46,216 bases of DNA from a virus (lineage: Duplodnaviria > Caudoviricetes): positions 1 through 46,216 of IMG/VR virus record IMGVR_UViG_3300032212_000027. The stretch is one strand, 5' to 3'. Position 1 is the first letter of the stretch. Each line of letters begins with the position of its first letter. The notes beneath the pieces were generated by a model, which saw nothing but the letters and a program-made list of their open reading frames with translations, did not search any database and was not told the origin of the DNA. Position numbers and translations under genes: made by a program. Shown here piece by piece: positions 34,512-42,813 of this stretch.

Positions 34512-34894
34512 GCCGCCACCGCTTTCTGTTCGTCGAGGGAGTACTGGACGTACTCTGAGCCGTCGATGGGACAACGCTTCCAGGTTGACTTGATGTCGTG
34601 GCCAGCCTGACGAAGCTCAGTGATGCGAGCAGTAGGCGTGGCGATCTTGTGGTGGACCATGAGGTCCATCTTGGTGATGTGTGTTCCCTTCCTTAAAAGG
34701 AACAGGATTTTATCACCTTGGGTCATGCCTTTTTTCATTGGACGTTCTTCCTTGTTGACTGCTTCCATGATCGATGTGTAACGACCCATGAAGGCATCTG
34801 GGTTTTGAGAAGCGAGAAGGGCCAGCCGCTCGGCCAGCCCAAAAAGCATATCGATATTGTGCCATAATTTTTTTCTAGAAATCTTCGTCCCCAT
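34508..34894 (-). CDS. Winged-HTH protein (start uncertain; alternative ATG at 34738)
   Basis: TQ..KIL.LL..G..IT..D......ARI.ELR..G.DI...Y.L pattern. Confidence 0.75.
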   Translation of the reverse strand: MGTKISRKKLWHNIDMLFGLAERLALLASQNPDAFMGRYTSIMEAVNKEERPMKKGMTQGDKILFLLRKGTHITKMDLMVHHKIATPTARITELRQAGHDIKSTWKRCPIDGSEYVQYSLDEQKAVAA

Positions 34895-36503
34895 CTACGT
34901 CTGCTGCTGTGGGTTTAGAGAACACAGCATCTTTCTCGTAAATGCGGCCAGTGTCAGCTTCATAGCCTAGCTCAATGGTTGCTCCGGTTGCTTGGCCCGT
35001 GTATCGGTCCTTAAGCACACGGAACACTGTAGTATGAGCGTCCTCTGTTTCTTCTGCCTGCTGGTTTCTTTCTAGACCAAACATAAAGTGACTCCAGAAG
35101 CCAATAGACCTGCTTCCTTTGAAGTGTTTGATCATGACACGCCCGCCTTCTTCGTGAGGTTTACCCTCAGGTGTCGAGAGGTGGGATACGCAGTGGATGA
35201 CAATCGAAAGCTCGTTTGCCAGTCCTGCCATCTCTTTCATGGTCTGCTCGATTGACTCACGTTCCCGGCTGGTATCAGCCATGGCAGTGAGGTGGTCGAT
35301 ATAGAACAGGCGTATGCCTGCTGAGATAGCCATGTAGCGAACCTTGGCTTTCACCTGTTCCCAGTCAGTCTGGCCAAAGCTGTCGTAGAACAGCAGCTGG
35401 CCGCTTAGACCTTCTAGAGACTCGTCGAGTTGATCCTGTGTCCAACCTGCATCTGGGACATGGAACCGCTTTCCAGCGACCTTCCCAGCAATACGCTTGG
35501 CAGTCTCAACAGGCTTTTGCTCTAGGAAGATCACGCCGACCTTTTCACCTAGCTTGGTGATGTCGTACTCGATCTGCTGAGTAAGAAAGTCGGTCTTGCC
35601 GATGCCTGTACCGGCACCGATCATGTAGACCTCGGTCATGCGCCTCCCGTAGGTCACTTTAGTTAGTGACGGAAGGCACCAAGGTAAGCCCCATTCAATA
35701 GGCTTGCGGGCCTCTTCGATCAAGGCGTCGATTGCAACGATGCCATCAGGGCGGAACTCCTTGGCTCCCCAAGCAGCACCAACTAATTCTGATCCTCGAC
35801 CAGCGAGAAGCATTTCATTGGCGTCCTTGAGTGGCAGGGAGGCTATGAAGGCCTTCCCAGGAGACAGGAGTTCCGCACATTCTTTGGCAGCTGCGCGTCC
35901 AGGCTCGTCTTCGTCGAACATGAACACCACCCGCTCGAACTTCTCTAGAAACTCGATGTTCGTGCGGATGGACTTAGCGGCCCCATTCGCTCCGTTAGGT
36001 ACAGAGACAGTGGGCCACTTGAGGTTCTGAGATTGAGACACTGAGATAGCGTCGATCTCTCCCTCGGTCACGACGACCATCTTGCCTCCGTCCCGTGCCA
36101 GCCACTGGCCGTACAGGGGGATAGCTGATGTGTCGCCAAGGATTTTGAAAGACTTGTCAGGGAACCTAAGTTTCTGACAGATAGGCTTTCGGTTGTTGTC
36201 GTAGTAAGTAGCTACCTGGCAAGCCCGTCCGTTGTGTTCCCCTAGTCCATACCCCCAGTGACGGCAGGTTTCCTCGGTGAGGTGCCGCTTGATTAGAGGT
36301 TTGAACTCGAGGTTGGAGAGCATGCCAGAGACAGGCTTAGTAGTAGTGGAAGCGTCAGACACCTCTCCATCTCCTTTTTCGTAATGCCCACATCCAAAAC
36401 AGAACCCGTGGCCGTCGTCATAACGACCTAGGTTGTCTTTTGATCCGCAGGCGGGGCAAGGTTCTTTGAAGAGGTAAGAGCTTTCCTGGGTTCTTTGATC
36501 CAT
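34875..36503 (-). CDS. Primase-helicase (gp4-like)
   Basis: CPACGS.D...CFGC zinc domain, VTEGEIDA TOPRIM, GAGTGIGKT Walker A, IDHL, KGSRSI. Confidence 0.97.
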   Translation of the reverse strand: MDQRTQESSYLFKEPCPACGSKDNLGRYDDGHGFCFGCGHYEKGDGEVSDASTTTKPVSGMLSNLEFKPLIKRHLTEETCRHWGYGLGEHNGRACQVATYYDNNRKPICQKLRFPDKSFKILGDTSAIPLYGQWLARDGGKMVVVTEGEIDAISVSQSQNLKWPTVSVPNGANGAAKSIRTNIEFLEKFERVVFMFDEDEPGRAAAKECAELLSPGKAFIASLPLKDANEMLLAGRGSELVGAAWGAKEFRPDGIVAIDALIEEARKPIEWGLPWCLPSLTKVTYGRRMTEVYMIGAGTGIGKTDFLTQQIEYDITKLGEKVGVIFLEQKPVETAKRIAGKVAGKRFHVPDAGWTQDQLDESLEGLSGQLLFYDSFGQTDWEQVKAKVRYMAISAGIRLFYIDHLTAMADTSRERESIEQTMKEMAGLANELSIVIHCVSHLSTPEGKPHEEGGRVMIKHFKGSRSIGFWSHFMFGLERNQQAEETEDAHTTVFRVLKDRYTGQATGATIELGYEADTGRIYEKDAVFSKPTAADVDGDEDF

Positions 36504-36874
36504 GAGAGGGGTATTGTCTCCTGTGCATACAGGTACCCTTTTTTCTCACACCAATCCGCGTAGCTCGTCTTAGACCCCTTCCCGATTTTCGAGGCTGGGT
36601 TAGAAAAGACGAAGCGGATGTCGTGCTCAGGGAACTGTGCGCGGATAAGCAGGTGTTTCTGTCTATCCGCTGTTACAAACCTCCCCTTGGCCTCAATGAT
36701 GATGCCGTTGGGGAGGACGAAGTCAGGCGTGTAGGTCGCGTACTTTTGAGGTTTTACGTATTTGATACGCATTTCCTCGAACTCGTAATCGACCTTGAGG
36801 TCTTCTAGTTGCCCGCCGATCCTGGCCTCTAGACCAGATCGAAAGTTGTGGCGCTTAGAAGTCGTCAGGATCAT
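36428..36874 (-). CDS. Endonuclease I / Holliday junction resolvase (gp3-like); start approximate
   Basis: FRSGLE, YTPDF.LPNGIIIE.KGRF...DR.KHL, DIRFVFS, KTSYA.WC. Confidence 0.93.
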   Translation of the reverse strand: MILTTSKRHNFRSGLEARIGGQLEDLKVDYEFEEMRIKYVKPQKYATYTPDFVLPNGIIIEAKGRFVTADRQKHLLIRAQFPEHDIRFVFSNPASKIGKGSKTSYADWCEKKGYLYAQETIPLSWIKEPRKALTSSKNLAPPADQKTT

Positions 36875-37445
36875 CTCCCCCATCAGCTTCGCCGAAGGTG
36901 TCGGTATCTGCTGTGAACCCTTCTTCTTCCTCGAAGGGGTTCTGGTCGTCGCCGCCGGAGAACTCCTGGAGGTCGATAAGCTGGACCTTGATAGGCTGGA
37001 GAGAGACGCCAGGTTTGCCGTCAGATGTTTTCCACTCGTAGATTTCAAAGAAAACTTTGAGTGTGCTGCCGCCGCCGATGTTTGGTACGGTGGTGAGCAG
37101 GCTGCCTTTGGCGTCGAACACCTTTGGTTGGCGGTCCCACAGGTCACCGCGTTTTGTCATGCGGTTCTTGACGCGGAACTTGAAGATGACTCGGCCAGTA
37201 GCCTCGCCAGTTTCTTTGTCCACTTCCTGCATGAACATTGGGTTGGAAGCAGCAGGAGCTGCCTTGCCTGTGTGCGCCTTGTGGATCGCCTGGAGCTTTG
37301 CGATGAGCGGCTTGGCTTCCTCAGAAGGAACAGCAATGTCCGCTTTGTAGGCACCCAACTCGTCGAACTTGGTGTCCGGCTGGTTCAGACGTGGGTACAC
37401 TGCGATGCCCTTAGGAGACATCATGGTTTGTGAAGTTTTTGCCAT
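36855..37445 (-). CDS. Single-stranded DNA-binding protein (gp2.5-like)
   Basis: P.G.A.YP.L..PD.KF, IGGGS.LKV, GVSLQ...VQLIDL, acidic tail ending in F. Confidence 0.93.
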   Translation of the reverse strand: MAKTSQTMMSPKGIAVYPRLNQPDTKFDELGAYKADIAVPSEEAKPLIAKLQAIHKAHTGKAAPAASNPMFMQEVDKETGEATGRVIFKFRVKNRMTKRGDLWDRQPKVFDAKGSLLTTVPNIGGGSTLKVFFEIYEWKTSDGKPGVSLQPIKVQLIDLQEFSGGDDQNPFEEEEGFTADTDTFGEADGGDDPDDF

Positions 37446-37618
37446 TAAGCATTTTCCTCTGGTGAGATTAACCCATCAACATCTGACGGGTCTGTAACGA
37501 TGAAGCCGTCGGCCTCAAGGTAAGCGATGAGGTCTATAGGCATGGGAAGCCCTAGCTCTCGGTACTGTTGGGCAGCCTCGACGGCTGTGTCCCTGCAGTC
37601 GATGGTGAAGTTTGACAT
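37445..37618 (-). CDS. Hypothetical 57-aa protein (MSNFTIDCRD...PMPIDLIAYLEADG...), absent from the ORF track
   Basis: Translated by hand; fills the RNAP-SSB gap with TAATG coupling to SSB. Confidence 0.65.
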   Translation of the reverse strand: MSNFTIDCRDTAVEAAQQYRELGLPMPIDLIAYLEADGFIVTDPSDVDGLISPEENA

Positions 37619-37638
37619 GGTTGACCAATCTGTAACGA

Positions 37639-40095
37639 TTATGAAAAGAAGAACACGCTGCTTCTAACCTCGGAGAGGTCCAGAGAGCCTTTAGGAGGCA
37701 GCTCAGGAAGGTCTTCATCCAGGCCTTCTTGGAGCTGTTGTCTAAAGCCTCCTAGTATGTCCTGACTTGAGTACATTTCGTAGAATGTATCTCGGATACA
37801 CTGGCTAAAGACTGGCATGTCTGTCGCATGCGTAGAGAAGCTGTCATGCACCACGCCAAAGTTTTGGATGCCTACAGCTAAGGCTGCGTCGATGGATAGA
37901 CACATGTGCGCCGCGTCTAGAGAGTGAACAAAAGACGGAGGCGTAGAAGTTGACATCTTAGCAGGAGCAAGGTTTGGCTTGTCCCTGTAGGCTGCCATCT
38001 GGATGCGGGACCCATCAAGCACGGTGTCCATGCGCCACTGCTTTAGCGCTGGCTTTCGATGCCAAACAATCATTCCAGAGGGGGTTCCCCATCTAAGATG
38101 TTTGTTTTCTTGGCGTTTTGCATAAGCAGATGCAGACTTTGAAATCCACCTCATGGCCTCCGAGGCTGCGATCACTGTCAGCTCAATGGCTTTCCAGATT
38201 TTCTTAGCCCCGTAGTTCACAAAGTCTTTCTCTTCTCCGACCCAAGGTAGGCTTTCGCCTGCCTCGACCCGTTCACGTATGGCCTCTCGGGTGTACTCTA
38301 TGCAGCTCATGTAAGTGGCTGCGTAGGGTACGACCATGACAGACCGTTTAGTGATCTTTCGGGTCACCCCGAAGGTTAGCCAGGCTTGCGCCAGGCCCTG
38401 GAAGTCCCCTGTTAGGTCTTCCTTGATAAGCTCGGTGGCCTTGTCTGCGACATCTTGGTAGACGTCTTGACGGTCGGGCAGGTCCATAAGGTTTACTGCC
38501 CTGCCTCCAACAGGGTCACGGAGCATTGCACTGTAGTGCTGAAGCCCAGAACAAGTGGCATCAACAGCAACAGGAACGTGAGAGACGTAACTCAACCCCT
38601 GAGAAAGATAACCTTCCCAGGCGATAGCCCCTTGCAGAAACTGAAAGGGGTTATCGGCGTTCGTCCAACGAAGATCGTCAAGCGGATTGTTAGCAACACT
38701 CCTGATCAGTTCCTCGTTGTCTTGAGTCCAGGCGATGCGCTGGTCCATAGTGAGTTTATCCTCGCCCCATGAGTTGGCGACGTGGACGGCCAGCCAAGCA
38801 GCTGCCTCTTCTGTGCCGAGAGGTTTGCCCTCAGCAAACTCAAGCAGCCCTTTGACATAGTCAGGCCCCTGAGGGTGCAGGAACGCAGGCTTGGGGTAGG
38901 CTCTCCCTCTGGAGTCCAGGTCATGTGGGAAGTAGAAGCGTTCGTATTCGGAATACTTCTGCCCCAGCCACAGCACTTGGGTTACAAACAGGCGTTTCGT
39001 GAGCGACCTGCGGTTTCTCTCGTGGATTTCCCAGCAGGTCTTTCGGTATTCCTTGTTGAAACCCTCAGGTGGTGGCGGTATCTCCTCCCTGCTTGAGGTG
39101 GGGAGACCGGCCAGCCCTCTGTCTGAGGAGTAGACCACATCAAGGGCTTCCAGGACTTTGGAGTTAATGCGCCAAGGGGTGGCCTGCACCGCGTTGATGG
39201 CGGACAGGAGGACCGAAGGGTCGTTGGCGATGATCTCGTCCAGCCAAGCTGATGTGCTTTTCTTCACCAAAGGGTACGGACGCACATGCTCAGAGATGTA
39301 TCCCCCTCCATACAGTCCTGTGTCTGCTGTCCAGGGGACAGGAGGAACGACCATTGGGAGGTGGAATGCTGTCTTGTCTATGAGGAAAGACTTGGCTTCC
39401 TCTAGATAGTCAGCGAACTCAGGAGTGATGTAGACGAACTTCTTACGCATGTTCGAGCGGACCTGGACAGTCCTGACATAGATCATCTTGGTGGTGCTGA
39501 GCACGACCTCGAGGATCATCCTGCCGACCTTGAGTTTGGCCTCGTCGTCCCAGGTTCTGCCTTTGGCGTCCGTGTACTGCCACTCGATGTGCATGGAGCG
39601 GCACTGCCTGCGCATGAATGTTCTCGCGCTGTCTCTTGTAAGAGATCGTTGATCACATTCTTTTCGCCACTTGTCCACGAGACCTTTGTTGTCCTTGGAA
39701 AGGTTCCTGAGGAACAACTCATCTATCAGCCGGTTGGCTATATGAACACTCGCGGACACATCGGTGTACTGTTGGTTCTTTCCTACTAGTACTCGATTGA
39801 TAACCGCTCTAAGAGATATGAAAGCTATCTCCTCTAACTCAAGTTCACATGAGTTTAGGTGATCAGCTATTACATTTCGTCTTCCAGCTTTTCCTTCTGC
39901 TGAGTCGTTACATATAGCTTCAAGACCTGAAGTTACTTTTTCTACTAAGGTACGAACTACTAGACGTCCGGCTTCACTGTTCTCAGCGTCCCCTCTATCT
40001 TCAGCTTGTTTTTGTTTACGCAAGAACCTTGCTGCAGCCATGTCGCTGGACTCTTTCTCCAGCTTCTCTTGTTCTTCGAGTGTGTTCTCTTTCAT
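37639..40095 (-). CDS. Single-subunit T7-type RNA polymerase
   Basis: DSRGRAY, DATCSGLQH (motif A), RKITKRSVM..PY (motif B), FVHSLDA and VHDSF (motif C). Confidence 0.98.
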   Translation of the reverse strand: MKENTLEEQEKLEKESSDMAAARFLRKQKQAEDRGDAENSEAGRLVVRTLVEKVTSGLEAICNDSAEGKAGRRNVIADHLNSCELELEEIAFISLRAVINRVLVGKNQQYTDVSASVHIANRLIDELFLRNLSKDNKGLVDKWRKECDQRSLTRDSARTFMRRQCRSMHIEWQYTDAKGRTWDDEAKLKVGRMILEVVLSTTKMIYVRTVQVRSNMRKKFVYITPEFADYLEEAKSFLIDKTAFHLPMVVPPVPWTADTGLYGGGYISEHVRPYPLVKKSTSAWLDEIIANDPSVLLSAINAVQATPWRINSKVLEALDVVYSSDRGLAGLPTSSREEIPPPPEGFNKEYRKTCWEIHERNRRSLTKRLFVTQVLWLGQKYSEYERFYFPHDLDSRGRAYPKPAFLHPQGPDYVKGLLEFAEGKPLGTEEAAAWLAVHVANSWGEDKLTMDQRIAWTQDNEELIRSVANNPLDDLRWTNADNPFQFLQGAIAWEGYLSQGLSYVSHVPVAVDATCSGLQHYSAMLRDPVGGRAVNLMDLPDRQDVYQDVADKATELIKEDLTGDFQGLAQAWLTFGVTRKITKRSVMVVPYAATYMSCIEYTREAIRERVEAGESLPWVGEEKDFVNYGAKKIWKAIELTVIAASEAMRWISKSASAYAKRQENKHLRWGTPSGMIVWHRKPALKQWRMDTVLDGSRIQMAAYRDKPNLAPAKMSTSTPPSFVHSLDAAHMCLSIDAALAVGIQNFGVVHDSFSTHATDMPVFSQCIRDTFYEMYSSQDILGGFRQQLQEGLDEDLPELPPKGSLDLSEVRSSVFFFS

Positions 40096-40112
40096 GGGGC
40101 TTCCTCTGTAGG

Positions 40113-40131
40113 GCAGGTATGAGGGACAATT
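40113..40131 (-). promoter_or_regulatory. Candidate phage RNAP promoter directly upstream of the RNAP gene (AATTGTCCCTCATACCTGC)
   Basis: Shares ATTGTCCCTCATA with the 29490 copy; intergenic. Confidence 0.6.
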
Positions 40132-40147
40132 GATTTGGAATATGCAA

Positions 40148-40804
40148 CTATAGCAACCTTCCTGTCAATGCCGCCCAAGACACAGGGAAAAGAGGATCGA
40201 TTACCTCTGAAAGTTTTTTTGCAAAATCTTGGGTCTCCAACTGTGTATCAGGCTTTGAGCGAAGCCCGTAAATACGGGAGCAGGAAGCCAGGTTGCCTGT
40301 CCACCACCACTCAGTCATCATAGACTGTGGAAGGACCATTCGGGCCTGCTCAGGGCATACCCCATATGAGATCAGAGACTCATACGTATCCAGAGCATGC
40401 TCCATGACCCCGCAATACTCTCTTTCTGCATACCCGCGCATTACTGGCGGAAGCAGGTCTCCACTCCCTTGCTTCTTATCCTCGGCAGCTTCTCTCCATT
40501 GGTAATCTACGTTATAGAAAGTAGGACGATCAGTGACATACCTCCGGCTCACCTCGTTCCACACCAGGCCTATTTGGTGCTTCTGGAGCTGACGTGCAAC
40601 GAACAGAGGCGCTGAGACATGTACCTGCACTGCAGTTTGTCCAAAAGGTGTCCAGTGGTTGTTCCTGGCGAGGAAACGAATAAGCCCAGAGTCCTTGTCG
40701 CCCTGGAACGTGTCGTGTTCCTTAGCGAAGCTCACGCGAGCGGCGTTCACGACCGAGAGGTCGGTTCCCATGTGGTCCTTATAGGTGACTGTTATGCCTG
40801 ACAT
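40148..40804 (-). CDS. thyX: Flavin-dependent thymidylate synthase
   Basis: MG.DL.VVNAARVSF, H.TPF, AP.FVARQL.KH...NEVSRRYV, PEQARMVLPQ. Confidence 0.95.
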   Translation of the reverse strand: MSGITVTYKDHMGTDLSVVNAARVSFAKEHDTFQGDKDSGLIRFLARNNHWTPFGQTAVQVHVSAPLFVARQLQKHQIGLVWNEVSRRYVTDRPTFYNVDYQWREAAEDKKQGSGDLLPPVMRGYAEREYCGVMEHALDTYESLISYGVCPEQARMVLPQSMMTEWWWTGNLASCSRIYGLRSKPDTQLETQDFAKKLSEVIDPLFPVSWAALTGRLL

Positions 40805-40949
40805 GGCATTTCCTTTCTGTGTAAAAGGGTTGACTGATGTGTAATTGGTAGGTCACGAGCGCCTAGAGCCTCAAAATGCAGGTCTTGAGCGTATTAAGCC
40901 AAAAGGAAGAGACCGCCGACTAAGATGGACTCTTCTAGTTGTACCCTGG

Positions 40950-41087
40950 CTACCAGGGATTTGGGGGGAGAGTGTATACTAGCGCTACCAGGATGATGAC
41001 GGCCCCCATAACTAGGAAGGCATCCCAGAACCATTCAGGTTTCTTGCGCTTTTTTGGCTTATCGGATTGTTTGGTCAGTCGTGACAT
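40950..41087 (-). CDS. Small basic single-TM peptide (MSRLTKQ...)
   Basis: Lys-rich N-terminus plus hydrophobic helix; weak SD. Confidence 0.4.
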   Translation of the reverse strand: MSRLTKQSDKPKKRKKPEWFWDAFLVMGAVIILVALVYTLPPNPW

Positions 41088-41139
41088 GAAATATATCCAT
41101 TGATCTGGGAGTTCAAGATAGGTGTTCGTTAGATGGTTG

Positions 41140-41964
41140 TCAAACCTGTAACGATACATCCTGAACGAACCCAGAGGTATCCCCCCGAGCAAGCCCTTTG
41201 GCCCTGAGGCCTATGATGTGGCCGGGCGGGTCTGAGGGCCGATAATCATGTACGTCCCCATCGTACACAGGGAGATCAATTTCTCGCCTTGTGTTACGTA
41301 GAGAAAAGCGTTTAGGAAGAGGTTTGGTCCTACCCACGTTCATAACGACAGCAACATTCATCCCGTTGTTTGCAGCAGCTATAGCCTGGTTCATGTTGTC
41401 CTCTGCTAAGCTGAAAGTGAGATGATAGTTTCCAGGGAGGTTCTTCCGGTTAGACCGTTTGGTATAATCGTAGAACTGGATTTGAGGGAACATTTCCATG
41501 AGGTTAGCATAAGGTTGGCATTTGTAAGTAAAAGATACGCGCTCCCAGGGGATGTCTGAGGTGGCGTTTAGGCGTAGACCACATGCCATGTCCATGAACT
41601 GGGAAGCTTTGTAGTGTGCCTCAATTTCAAGAATAAGAAGGTTCATGAAAAGAGGACGGTTTTCCATGTATGCCTTGGTCTTGTGTATTCTAGAAGTATT
41701 TTTAGATGATTGATAAAGGGGGTTACCTGCGGTGTGTAGGCAGGCCCTGGTGCAACCTTCAGTCCGTTGAGGGCACACCTCATAGCCCGACAGCTTAGCT
41801 GGGGCAAGATGAAGAGGCGCAGTAAACACTCCTTGGAGAGTGTTCTTATAAACTTTGGGGTTAGCTTCAGGTGATGATAGGATTTTTCTAAAGGAGTACC
41901 CTAGGTCAGCTATGGCTCTAGCGCAGGCTCCTCGTGTTTTCAGGTCAGTGACCTTAGTTGCCAT
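41140..41964 (-). CDS. GP88-like phage protein with CX6CX3C cluster
   Basis: L.LAPA..SG..VCP....C...CL..AG, RLN.TSDI.WE, QFYDYTK, NYHLTFS, DGD..D.R..D motifs; SD GGAGG. Confidence 0.8.
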   Translation of the reverse strand: MATKVTDLKTRGACARAIADLGYSFRKILSSPEANPKVYKNTLQGVFTAPLHLAPAKLSGYEVCPQRTEGCTRACLHTAGNPLYQSSKNTSRIHKTKAYMENRPLFMNLLILEIEAHYKASQFMDMACGLRLNATSDIPWERVSFTYKCQPYANLMEMFPQIQFYDYTKRSNRKNLPGNYHLTFSLAEDNMNQAIAAANNGMNVAVVMNVGRTKPLPKRFSLRNTRREIDLPVYDGDVHDYRPSDPPGHIIGLRAKGLARGDTSGFVQDVSLQV

Positions 41965-41994
41965 TTAGTGTTGCCTCCATGTCGTATAAGAAGA

Positions 41995-42030
41995 GTTGTG
42001 ACTCACTGCGCAAGCAAAGTGAGCCACAAC
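41995..42030. repeat. Conserved-loop intergenic hairpin, divergent copy 5
   Basis: GTTGTGACTCACT-GCGCAAGCAA-AGTGAGCCACAAC; contains CAA.CAAAGTG; followed on mRNA by CUCUUCUUAU and SD. Confidence 0.55.
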
Positions 42031-42053
42031 AACCCTTGACCTATCCGTAACGG

Positions 42054-42800
42054 TTAGCCGTACAGGTAAGCCGACTCTCGACCCTGGAAGAACGCAGCGG
42101 CGGTTTCCCGGTCGATCTCTTTGATGACCTCATATCGGCAACAGCGGCCCTTGCTGATGTTGTAGTCGTGCGGGAAAGCAACGACATCGCGTGGGTTGAC
42201 TTTAACCAACATTACCCGAGCTTTGCCCCAGCCGTAATGCGGCAGGTATTCAGCAGAACAGAAATGCAGACCTGTAGAACAAGTTCTGTCTGGGTCGGAG
42301 TCACACCGGAAGCGGGGCATCTCACAGACATTACCTACGCTGTTGTCGAAAGTACGAGACGCGAGGTCCAGGTAGTCCTCTCCTACAATCTTGTAGGCAA
42401 TGATATGGCCGTCTTTGCTGATGGGGAGACTTCCGTTTTCAAGCCAGTCGTATAGCCCATCGACTGCGCGGGCATCTGGGTTAAGACAGACGTTAGCCAG
42501 GAAAGACACCAGGTAGTCCACAGGGAAGCCTTCAGACATGAGGGCAAGAAGACGTGTAGTCGCTGCGTTGTGCAGGGGCTGCCCGTCGTAGTAGACGCAG
42601 CCATCGGTGACCGTCAGTTTTCCCTCAGCGTAGTTCTGGACTGCCTGTTCAACATTGATGAGATCAAAGATTTCATCCCACAGCTCCTGGCTAAGGGCTT
42701 CCTTAACCTTTTCGAAGTTTGGGTGTTGGTCGTTGATAACCTCAGGTTTTCCTTCAATCAGGACAGTGGCTGATGTAGACGTAAGGATAAATGGATACAT
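42054..42800 (-). CDS. rIIB: rIIB-like protein
   Basis: LPI..DG.I.AYK.V..DY.D....FDNSVG...EMPR...D.D...TCS.GLH, VKVNP.DVV..P.DY...K.R.C.YEV; SD AAAGGAG before ATG 42800. Confidence 0.88.
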   Translation of the reverse strand: MYPFILTSTSATVLIEGKPEVINDQHPNFEKVKEALSQELWDEIFDLINVEQAVQNYAEGKLTVTDGCVYYDGQPLHNAATTRLLALMSEGFPVDYLVSFLANVCLNPDARAVDGLYDWLENGSLPISKDGHIIAYKIVGEDYLDLASRTFDNSVGNVCEMPRFRCDSDPDRTCSTGLHFCSAEYLPHYGWGKARVMLVKVNPRDVVAFPHDYNISKGRCCRYEVIKEIDRETAAAFFQGRESAYLYG

Positions 42801-42813
42801 AATGTGTTCTCCT

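Noticed and set aside
36875-37147. N-terminal 90-aa extension of endonuclease I in the ORF track
   Set aside because: Overlaps the SSB gene in another frame; endonuclease homology begins near 36874
40900-40936. Weak hairpin plus short U run upstream of thyX
   Set aside because: Short interrupted stem with only four U; not enough to call a terminator
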